Positions 47,773 to 56,247 of a stretch of 64,000 bases of DNA are shown here, piece after piece. Within the stretch, counting starts at the first letter, position 1. Every line of letters begins with the position of its first letter. The translations under genes were made by a program, and so were the position numbers. The notes under the pieces are model-generated. The model worked only from the letters and a program-made list of their open reading frames with translations. It made no database searches and was not told the origin of the DNA. This DNA comes from Deltaproteobacteria bacterium (GTDB taxonomy: Bacteria; UBA10199; GCA-002796325; JACPFF01): assembly GCA_016183065.1 (NCBI GenBank), contig JACPFF010000005.1, forward strand, positions 21 to 64,020. Reading direction: 5' to 3'.

Positions 47773-49568
47773 CATCGCATCGCTCAATCCGCCGCACCCT
47801 TCTCCTCGCACTCACGGTCGTTCTGCAGCAGGCCTGCGGTGGCGCCTTCACGGGTATCGAGACCGGCACACCCGAACCCCTCGGCAATGCCGCGCTGGAA
47901 CTCTCGACCGTCGGTGGGGAAAAATATCTCCTCGTCACCGATGCCGACGGCAACGGGGTCTTGCGGCGTGTCAACGAGTCCGGAGAAGTCCTCGAAGAAG
48001 TGAGCGTCTTCGTCGCAGTCAATGCCGACAGCAGTTTTTCGCTCACGGTCACCTTTGCCGACGGCACGGTCGTGGCCATCGAGGGGACGATCGATGAGAG
48101 CGGGAGTGTCGTGAGCATTAATGTTGCGGTCAACGGGACCAATGTCTCAATCGTCGTCAGTACCCTGAATGAGGATGGGACAACAACACCGGCCCCGTCG
48201 CTCACGAACCTGACGTCGCTGGAGACCATCCCGGTGGCGGGGGAGGATGCGATCGAGACCGGGGATGATCATGGCGCGACCTCGGGCGAAGATTCCCCCG
48301 AGGATATCGCGGAAAACAGTGCCGTCGATCCCAATTGCGTGCCGCAGGAGATCGCGCAAGCCCCCGTCCCCCTCCTGAACGTGGGCTACCAGTCGCTATC
48401 GGAGATGGTGTGGAATGGCTCCTCCTTCGGACTCTTTTGGATGGAGGGAGAGACCGTCTATTTCCAGAAAATCGCCAAAGACGGGACCGGCCTGACGGCG
48501 AAAATTCCCCTCCTGACCATCAAATTTCCCTCTGTCGGTCTCAATGTCGCGTGGAATGGCGCGTATTACGGACTGGTCTGGACCCAAAAAACCAAGGCCG
48601 ATAACTACGTCTATCACCCGACATTTCTGCGGGTAAACCCCAGTGGGGCCGTCGTGGGCACCCCGCAACCCCTGGACATGAACGTCCCCTGGCAATCGCC
48701 GACTGGCGCAGCATGCAAGGCCCATGGCGGTTTGGCCATGGCCGGTGGCAATGGCACATTCGGAATCGTATGGGCAGATTCGCGTGCCGACGGTGAGGGG
48801 TGTACGACGCAGCTTTATTACACGTTTATCGACAGTAACGGCACAGCCGATCCCGATGTGCAGCAGGTCACCTCCGATACGGTCATCGCCCCGTGGAGCG
48901 GTGTGTATTCGATTCCGAATATCAGCTATCCACACATCCAGTGGAACGGCGCCCGATTTGGCATTGCGTGGTCTCATTACTATACGTACGCAGAAAAGCA
49001 GGTCGATCCTGACCTCAAGGGGATCACGGTCTATTTTTCCTCCGTCGCCGAAGGTGGAGAGGCACTGAGCCCCATTGTCGTCGGTCAGACCACGGATGAT
49101 TTTACACGGCGGGTCACCATCACAGCAGATGGCGCGAACGGCTTCGCGATCCTCTGGGCATACACATACTCATATTTCCGGAAGGTCTCGAATAGCGGCG
49201 TACTCTCCGAGGGAGCAGTGCCCATTTTCACGTCAGGCATGTCGTGGTGGTCGATGAAAGACAAGCTCGACGGCACCAACCTCGTCACGACGGGTGATGG
49301 GTTCCGGTTGTTTCAATACTCCTATACCCACTATTTCGGTATCCGCGGCATCAGCGACGACGGGGTGGTGAGCGATTCGTGGATGCCGATGCTCCTTGGG
49401 CAGGTTTCCGGCGAATATGACGAACTGAAAAATTATGGGTACCTGATCGTCCCGCTCACGAACGATGAATACGCCCTTCTGTGGAATCATCATCCTTCGG
49501 TCATTGGGCTCACCGGATCCGGCCGCTGGTCGTACACTTTGGTACGGTATGTCGGGTGCGACGAATAG
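47769..49568 (+). CDS. Lipoprotein with beta-rich repeats (WNG..FG..W)
   Basis: Lipobox-like QQAC, then ETG.P; repeated WNG motifs. Confidence 0.75.
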   Translation: MTSHRSIRRTLLLALTVVLQQACGGAFTGIETGTPEPLGNAALELSTVGGEKYLLVTDADGNGVLRRVNESGEVLEEVSVFVAVNADSSFSLTVTFADGTVVAIEGTIDESGSVVSINVAVNGTNVSIVVSTLNEDGTTTPAPSLTNLTSLETIPVAGEDAIETGDDHGATSGEDSPEDIAENSAVDPNCVPQEIAQAPVPLLNVGYQSLSEMVWNGSSFGLFWMEGETVYFQKIAKDGTGLTAKIPLLTIKFPSVGLNVAWNGAYYGLVWTQKTKADNYVYHPTFLRVNPSGAVVGTPQPLDMNVPWQSPTGAACKAHGGLAMAGGNGTFGIVWADSRADGEGCTTQLYYTFIDSNGTADPDVQQVTSDTVIAPWSGVYSIPNISYPHIQWNGARFGIAWSHYYTYAEKQVDPDLKGITVYFSSVAEGGEALSPIVVGQTTDDFTRRVTITADGANGFAILWAYTYSYFRKVSNSGVLSEGAVPIFTSGMSWWSMKDKLDGTNLVTTGDGFRLFQYSYTHYFGIRGISDDGVVSDSWMPMLLGQVSGEYDELKNYGYLIVPLTNDEYALLWNHHPSVIGLTGSGRWSYTLVRYVGCDE

Positions 49569-49609
49569 CAATCGTTGATATCAGGACCAAAATGTGCCAC
49601 ACTCGGCGT

Positions 49610-49831
49610 ATGGACAAAAAGCCGTTACATGGCTATGCGGCACGTTGGGATGCAGTGGCCAAAAGAGAGGCGTTATTACTTCAACAAACCTCCTTGAAAA
49701 CCAGGTTTCAGCAACTACTCTCCATTTTTAAACTCGGGAGAGAATTGGGATTGGGCGGCAAAGATGATGATGACACCCAATCCGTTCGTTTAAGATGGGC
49801 TTTGTTAAAGAGGGAGAAGTCATGTGGTTGA
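49610..49831 (+). CDS. Small protein upstream of a nucleotidyltransferase
   Basis: TTGATA-17-CACACT 6 nt before ATG; overlaps the NTase start. Confidence 0.7.
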   Translation: MDKKPLHGYAARWDAVAKREALLLQQTSLKTRFQQLLSIFKLGRELGLGGKDDDDTQSVRLRWALLKREKSCG

Positions 49832-50402
49832 TCTGAGTCATCCCTTTTTATCTCCCCTGAAAGAGTTATCCAATCTATTAAGCAAAACAAAGACGGAGGG
49901 AGTTGTCATTGGAGGTATTTCCGTCGGATTGATTGGCAAACCCCGCTTTACGGCTGACATCGATGCCGTCATTCTGCTGAATTTTGAACAGATTGAGGCC
50001 TTCGTCAAAACGGCAACAGCATTTGGCTTTGAGCCACGCATAAGTGATGTGGGGGAATTTGCCCGCAAGACACATGTCATTCTGCTGGTTCATAAAAAGA
50101 CAGGGATTAATATTGATTTGTCGATTGGTCTTTTGCCCTTTGAACATGAAATTGTCCAGCGGGCGAAAAAATTTGAATCAGCGGGCGTCTCTTTTTATAT
50201 TCCAACGCCTGAAGATTTGATTATCATGAAGGCCGTTGCTCATCGTCCAAAGGACTTGGAAGATATCAGGATGATCGTTCAGGCCAATCCTGAATTGGAT
50301 CGTCAACGTATCAAAAGGTGGGTTGAGGACTTTGCACAGACACTTGAAATGCCGGAGATATGGAAAGATGTTGAAAAACTCTTGATCCCTGTGGACCATT
50401 AA
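49824..50402 (+). CDS. Nucleotidyltransferase (DUF6036-like)
   Basis: VIGG.SV...G.PRFT.DID...EDLIIMK..A.RPKD..DI. Confidence 0.87.
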   Translation: MVDLSHPFLSPLKELSNLLSKTKTEGVVIGGISVGLIGKPRFTADIDAVILLNFEQIEAFVKTATAFGFEPRISDVGEFARKTHVILLVHKKTGINIDLSIGLLPFEHEIVQRAKKFESAGVSFYIPTPEDLIIMKAVAHRPKDLEDIRMIVQANPELDRQRIKRWVEDFAQTLEMPEIWKDVEKLLIPVDH

Positions 50403-50442
50403 GGAGTTCCACTCGAACACCTTTTTCGAAAGGAAAAGACGC

Positions 50443-52908
50443 ATGAAGAAGATCGAACGGTTGTTCTTCACCCTCTTGGCGCTGTTGCCGAGTCTGCCGG
50501 CGTTTGCCGGCGAGGCCGACATCCAGCTCCCGGATCTTGGCACCAGCCATTTTACCGTGGGGGGCCTCTCCATCACCGGCCTGCAATGCATGCATGGCGG
50601 TCTCGTGGTCTGCCTCATCGGGATGCTCTTCGGCATCCTGCAATATCGCAAGGTGAAACGTCTTCCCGTTCACAAGGCCATGCGGGACGTCTCCACCATG
50701 ATCTGGGAGACCTGCAAGACGTATCTGATTCAGCAGGGAAAATTTCTGGCCGCATTATGGGTCCTGATTGCCGCCTGCATGGTCTACTATTTCGGCATTC
50801 TGCAATCCAAGGCGGTGTCGGATCTCTGCATCATCCTGGCAGCCTCGGTCCTGGGGATCCTCGGCTCGTATGGTGTGGCGTGGTTCGGGATTCGGATCAA
50901 CACGGAGGCCAATTCCCGCACGGCGTTTGCCTCACTCTACCGGAATCCGCTTGCGACATTTGCCATTCCGCTCGAATCGGGGATGAGTGTCGGGCTCCTG
51001 TTGGTCAGCGTCGAACTCTTTTTCATGATTTCGATCCTGATCTTTCTCCCTTCGCACCTTGCCGGTCCCTCATTTATCGGTTTTGCCATTGGCGAATCCC
51101 TCGGCGCCAGTGTGCTCAGAATCTGCGGCGGGATTTTTACGAAAATTGCGGATATTGGGTCCGACTTGATGAAAATCGTCTTTCATCTCCCGGAAGACGA
51201 TCCGAAAAATCCTGGCGTCATTGCCGATTGCACGGGGGACAATGCCGGCGACAGTGTCGGCCCGACCGCGGATGGTTTTGAGACCTATGGCGTCACCGGC
51301 GTTGCCCTGATTGCCTTCCTGGCCCTGGTCCTGGTCACGGCACCTGTGGTGGCCGGCCAACTGATTATCTGGATCTTTGTCATGCGAATTCTCATGATCC
51401 TGACCTCGCTCGTCTCGTACACATTGAACGATTGGCTGTCAAAACGGCGCTACGGGCACCTCGCAGATTTCAATCTTGAGGCCCCGCTCACGAGTCTCGT
51501 CTGGCTGACCTCCGGTGTGTCGATTGTGGTCACTTTTGTGGCCAGTGATTATTTGTTGCAAGACTATGGCGCCCTCTGGTGGGTGTTGTCGACGATCATC
51601 AGTTGCGGGACCATCGCTGGCGCACTCATCCCCGAATTCACGAAAATCTTCACGAGCACCGAATCGCGTCATGTCCGTGAAGTGGTCAATGCCTCGGAGC
51701 ATGGGGGCGCCTCGCTCAATATCCTCTCGGGACTGGTGGCGGGCAATTTTTCGGCCTTCTGGCAGGGCTTGCTGATCCTGGGGCTCATGCTGATTTCGTA
51801 TGTCGCATCGACGCACGGGGCGCTGATGACCATCATGCCCCCGGAGTTTGCCTTTGCCGCGCCGATTTTTGCGTTCGGTCTCGTTGCGTTCGGATTTTTG
51901 GGGATGGGCCCGGTGACCATCGCCGTGGACAGTTTTGGCCCCGTGACCGACAATGCCCAGTCGGTCTACGAATTATCGATGATCGAAAAAATCCCCGGCA
52001 TCAAGGAGGAGATCGCACGGGACTTCGGCGTCTCCGTCAATTTTGACAAGGCCAAACACTCGCTGGAAAAAGGGGACGGCGCCGGAAACACCTTCAAGGC
52101 CACGGCCAAACCGATGCTCATCGGTACGGCCGTGGTTGGCGCCACCACCATGGTCTTTGGTATCATCCTCCTTCTGGAGCATCTTTTCGGGAATGTCGTG
52201 AGCCGATTAAGCCTGGTGGAGCCGGAAATCATCCTCGGGCTACTCGCCGGCGGTGCGGTCGTTCACTGGTTTGTTGGCGCCTCGATGCAGGCCGTGGTCA
52301 CCGGTGCATATGGTGCGGTCGTCTACATTAAAAAGAACATGCAGCTCGACGCGGTCACGGCATCAATCAAGGATAGCAAACGTGTTGTCGAAATTTGCAC
52401 GGTCTATGCCCAAAAAGGGATGATCAACATCTTTGTCGTCATTTTTTGCATGGCATTGTCGCTCGCCTTTTTTAATCCCTACTTCTTCATTGGATATCTC
52501 GTGGCCATGGCCTTTTTCGGCCTCTATCAGGCGATCTTCATGGCCAACGCCGGTGGGGCGTGGGACAATGCCAAGAAGGTGGTGGAAGTGGTCTTGCGGA
52601 GGAAAAACTCCCCCCTCCACGAAGCCTCGGTCGTCGGGGATACCGTGGGTGATCCCTTCAAGGATACCTCTTCGGTGGCCCTCAACCCGGTGATCAAATT
52701 CACGACTCTCTTTGGTCTGCTGGCCGTGGAAATTGCCGTCACCATGGAGTCTGCGGGCCTACGGCTCGGCATCGGCATTGTCTTTTTCCTGATCGCGCTC
52801 GCCTTTGTCTATCGGTCATTCTACAGCATGCGCATTCCCGAAGAGGTCGTCACCACGGCCTTCGAGACCGCGGAGTCGAAGCCATTGCCTGATGCGCGCG
52901 TGGGATAG
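50443..52908 (+). CDS. hppA: Membrane-integral H+/Na+-translocating pyrophosphatase
   Basis: GGIFTKIADIGSDL, GDNAGD, GGAWDNAKK, GDTVGDPFKDTS. Confidence 0.96.
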   Translation: MKKIERLFFTLLALLPSLPAFAGEADIQLPDLGTSHFTVGGLSITGLQCMHGGLVVCLIGMLFGILQYRKVKRLPVHKAMRDVSTMIWETCKTYLIQQGKFLAALWVLIAACMVYYFGILQSKAVSDLCIILAASVLGILGSYGVAWFGIRINTEANSRTAFASLYRNPLATFAIPLESGMSVGLLLVSVELFFMISILIFLPSHLAGPSFIGFAIGESLGASVLRICGGIFTKIADIGSDLMKIVFHLPEDDPKNPGVIADCTGDNAGDSVGPTADGFETYGVTGVALIAFLALVLVTAPVVAGQLIIWIFVMRILMILTSLVSYTLNDWLSKRRYGHLADFNLEAPLTSLVWLTSGVSIVVTFVASDYLLQDYGALWWVLSTIISCGTIAGALIPEFTKIFTSTESRHVREVVNASEHGGASLNILSGLVAGNFSAFWQGLLILGLMLISYVASTHGALMTIMPPEFAFAAPIFAFGLVAFGFLGMGPVTIAVDSFGPVTDNAQSVYELSMIEKIPGIKEEIARDFGVSVNFDKAKHSLEKGDGAGNTFKATAKPMLIGTAVVGATTMVFGIILLLEHLFGNVVSRLSLVEPEIILGLLAGGAVVHWFVGASMQAVVTGAYGAVVYIKKNMQLDAVTASIKDSKRVVEICTVYAQKGMINIFVVIFCMALSLAFFNPYFFIGYLVAMAFFGLYQAIFMANAGGAWDNAKKVVEVVLRRKNSPLHEASVVGDTVGDPFKDTSSVALNPVIKFTTLFGLLAVEIAVTMESAGLRLGIGIVFFLIALAFVYRSFYSMRIPEEVVTTAFETAESKPLPDARVG

Positions 52909-52951
52909 ACGTGCCCCGCCGCGGGGACGTCCCGGTGCGAAGCCCCATACT

Positions 52952-54145
52952 TCACTGCCGTGACTGTGCACACAGTCCCTCGCTCTCCGCGAGTGCGGCT
53001 ATCGCTGCGATGCCGCGTTGCAAGCTCTCTTCCGATGTCAAGAGCGAGACCACACAATGGAGACCGTGCTCATGGTCATAGAAATAGCCCGGATGGACAA
53101 AAAACCCTCTCTCTTCCATTAACCGCATCACAAACGCGTCGTCCTCCCATGACGATGTACACACCTCCAGCATGACATAGAAACCGCCCCGCGGCGGCGC
53201 ACAGTGCAACACGGGATGCTGCCCAATCGTTGCCAAGGCCACGTGACGCCGACGGGCGACTGTCCGGCGGTACTCCGCAAGAAACGAACGCCCGTGTTCG
53301 AACAGCGCGGGCAACGCCATCTGGATCGGCTGATGGCAGCTCAAGAAGGCATCGGCCATGGTCTCCAGATGTTCGAGGACCGCGTCCCGCAGGGACGGCT
53401 CCCCCGTCACCGCAATCCAGCTCAACTTGAGCGCGGGGAGCGCCAGCATCTTGGAGATCCCGTTGAGCGTGCAACAGAGACGGGGCTCTCCAATCGCCAT
53501 GGGTCGCGGGAATTGACCGGATCCAAAATAAAACTCCGAAAAGACCTCGTCACAAATCAGCGGCAGATTTTTTTGGTTCGCCCAGTCCACCACCGCGGCA
53601 ATGTCTTGCGCTGACAGCACCGCACCTGTCGGGTTATTGGGCGAGACAAGGACGAGACCGCGCACACCGGGGTGATAGGATGCCTTCAGGGCATCCGTCG
53701 AGAGTCGCCAGGCACACGCGGCGTCGAGTTGATACGGCACCAGTGCAACATGCGCCAGCCGCGCAATCTCGTGAAAGAGGGGATAGGAGGGTTGCGGCAC
53801 CAAGAAGGCCTCGCCGGGGCTCGCCAGGAGTGAAAAGAGATAGAAGAGCGACTCGCTCGTTCCGGAAGTGAGGATCAGATGTTCCGGCGAGAGCACAAGG
53901 CCGGCCTCCCCATAATATTGCGCGATCGCCTCCCGTGCCACGAGTAGCCCCTTCGGATGGGGCTGGTAGGTCGGATGCGCAACATACGGTGCATAGGCCG
54001 CACGGAGCAGATCAGAGGGGAAATGGATCCCGTGCTCGTTCGGATTCCCCGAAAAAAGGCGCACCGGCGGACGCCCTGCGGCACACAACCGGCGGTAACA
54101 CTGTTCAATGGCGTTCGGCGTCGCCGTATTCGGCAGTTCGATCAC
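52952..54145 (-). CDS. PLP-dependent class I/II aminotransferase
   Basis: PNNPTG, DEVF, GISK. Confidence 0.92.
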   Translation of the reverse strand: MIELPNTATPNAIEQCYRRLCAAGRPPVRLFSGNPNEHGIHFPSDLLRAAYAPYVAHPTYQPHPKGLLVAREAIAQYYGEAGLVLSPEHLILTSGTSESLFYLFSLLASPGEAFLVPQPSYPLFHEIARLAHVALVPYQLDAACAWRLSTDALKASYHPGVRGLVLVSPNNPTGAVLSAQDIAAVVDWANQKNLPLICDEVFSEFYFGSGQFPRPMAIGEPRLCCTLNGISKMLALPALKLSWIAVTGEPSLRDAVLEHLETMADAFLSCHQPIQMALPALFEHGRSFLAEYRRTVARRRHVALATIGQHPVLHCAPPRGGFYVMLEVCTSSWEDDAFVMRLMEERGFFVHPGYFYDHEHGLHCVVSLLTSEESLQRGIAAIAALAESEGLCAQSRQ

Positions 54146-54163
54146 AGCGTCACCTCATCCCCT

Positions 54164-54256
54164 TGTGGGGCCCCACGACCCAGCGCGCACCGCGCGCGAG
54201 AGAGGGGGACCCAACGGGCTTTGCCCGTTGGGGGGGGCAACGTGAGCCCCTGTAAT
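54164..54256. repeat. GC-rich structured intergenic repeat, copy 4
   Basis: TGTGGGGCCCCACGACCCAGCGCGCAC...CCCAACGGGCTTTGCCCGTTGGG hairpin...ACGTGAGCCCCT. Confidence 0.8.
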
Positions 54257-54504
54257 GATCGCGAAGGCGGTCACAAGCATCCCGTCGCTTCTATGGACGG
54301 TCGTCGGCAATAGGCAAGGGAAATCCCGTCCATGACAGGGGCATCCCGTTCGCGCATGTGCATACGTTCTGTGCGACAAGTTTTGTTGTCGAGAGGCCCG
54401 ATTTGCGCTATGAGCCGTTCCAATGAACGCAATCCACTCAGGAGTGCTTCATCCACGATACAGATGACACAGGATGATGAACTACTGAGTAAAGGAGGGG
54501 GAAA

Positions 54505-54918
54505 ATGAAACGGACTGCCTTGGCCATTTTGGCCGTCTATGCCGCGTGGAGTCTGCTGGATATGCTCGTTCATGGCGTGCTCCTGGATCAGGCCTATCAC
54601 GCCACGGCCCACCTGTGGCGACCGATGCCGGAGATGAAGATGGGGCTTATGCAGGCGGTCTGCTTCGGCATCGCCATCATTTTTGTCTCGGTCTATGCCA
54701 CCATGGTGGGGCACCACTCGCTCCGTCGCGGTTTGGCGTATGGCACACTCTGGGGCACGGCACTCGGCCTCTCGATGGGCTATGGGTCCTACTCGTTTAT
54801 GCCGATCTCCAGCAGCCTGGCGTTTGCCTGGTTTGCCACCTCCGTCTTCGAAGGCGTGGTCGCCGGCTTGATCGTTGGGAGCGTGGTCAAATCGTGCCAG
54901 TGCACACACCCGGTGTAA
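54505..54918 (+). CDS. Four-TM membrane protein
   Basis: AAGGAGG RBS; hydrophobic helices. Confidence 0.8.
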   Translation: MKRTALAILAVYAAWSLLDMLVHGVLLDQAYHATAHLWRPMPEMKMGLMQAVCFGIAIIFVSVYATMVGHHSLRRGLAYGTLWGTALGLSMGYGSYSFMPISSSLAFAWFATSVFEGVVAGLIVGSVVKSCQCTHPV

Positions 54919-54975
54919 TCACTCCTTTACATTCTTCGGGAAACTTTTAAACATGTCGTCCCCGCGCATGCGGGG

Positions 54976-56247
54976 GTGACGTATATGCGACCTCTTCTTG
55001 CCATACTGGTGTACGCCCTACTGGCCTCCGCGCACGCGGCGCCATCGGTGGCCCTCTCGTTGCAGGAGTGTTACCGCCGCGCGCTCTCCCACGTGGAATC
55101 GATTGCCATGCAGGGAGCAGATATTCAGGCCGCCGAGGGTCGTTATCGACAGGCGCGCGGGGAAATGCTCCCGCAGATCACCGCGCGTGCCTCGGAGTTT
55201 CTCCAGGACACCTCCGGTCTCAACGCGGCGGACAGTGCCTTCTCGAGCAGTTTCACCCGCCAGAGCCGGCCCGAGGTGGCCCTCAATCTCACGCAGCCCC
55301 TCTTTCGCGGATTGCGGGAGTTCCACGCCCTGGCGGCGTCGCGCGCGGAACGGACGAAATATGAGCAGCTCTATGCCCGCGCGCAACAGCTCCTCTTCCT
55401 TGATGTGGCCGATGCCTACCTCTCCGTGATCGCCCACGAGGACGACCTCGCGGTCCTCCGGTCACAACGGAACGTCTTGCAGGAACGGATCACGGAATTG
55501 GCACACCGGGTGACGCTCGGACAATCGCGCACCAGTGAGATTGCCGCCACCGAGGCGCAATTACGGATGCTCGACGGCGACATGGCGCGCATTGAGGGGT
55601 TGCAGAACGTGGCGCGTTCGACGCTCGGGTTCCTGACAGGCGTTGATACAGCTCACCCGCTGCAGACCCCGCCGCAGCCGACAGTGGCCCCACTCGAGAC
55701 GTACGTGGCACAGGCATATCATCGTCCGGATGTCATTGCTGCCACGCAGGATCACCTCCTTGCGGGGGCGCAACAGAAGGCCACCAGCAGTGAACTCCTC
55801 CCCGAGGTCTATCTCGAGACCAACTATTATCCCTACCGGGTCGGTTACCAGCAGGAAAGCGACTGGGATGTGCGTTTCACATTGGAGGTGCCGATTTTTC
55901 GCGGCGGTATCACACGGGGCCGCGTGCAGGAGGCCAAGGCGAAACTGAGGCGCGCGGCCCTTGCACAGGCCGAGCAGGGGCGGCGCGCCGTGCAGGAGGT
56001 CCGCGAAGAGTACGACACGTTCCGAGCCGCACAACGCGAGGCCGTGGCCCTGCAGCGGGCAGCACGCGCCGCGCATGATGCCTATGCCCTCCAGCGCGTG
56101 GAATACCAGCATGGGCTGGTCAGCAATCTTGAGGTCCTGCAGGCCCTCCGCGATTATTATGAGATGAAACGTCGTGCCACGGCAACCACTGTGGCCACAA
56201 CGCGCCATGCGTACGACGTCATGGTCGCCGCCGGGACGCTCCCGTGA
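54976..56247 (+). CDS. TolC-family outer membrane efflux protein
   Basis: Signal peptide, QPLF.G, RPDV, PIF.GG, two-repeat architecture. Confidence 0.9.
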   Translation: MTYMRPLLAILVYALLASAHAAPSVALSLQECYRRALSHVESIAMQGADIQAAEGRYRQARGEMLPQITARASEFLQDTSGLNAADSAFSSSFTRQSRPEVALNLTQPLFRGLREFHALAASRAERTKYEQLYARAQQLLFLDVADAYLSVIAHEDDLAVLRSQRNVLQERITELAHRVTLGQSRTSEIAATEAQLRMLDGDMARIEGLQNVARSTLGFLTGVDTAHPLQTPPQPTVAPLETYVAQAYHRPDVIAATQDHLLAGAQQKATSSELLPEVYLETNYYPYRVGYQQESDWDVRFTLEVPIFRGGITRGRVQEAKAKLRRAALAQAEQGRRAVQEVREEYDTFRAAQREAVALQRAARAAHDAYALQRVEYQHGLVSNLEVLQALRDYYEMKRRATATTVATTRHAYDVMVAAGTLP

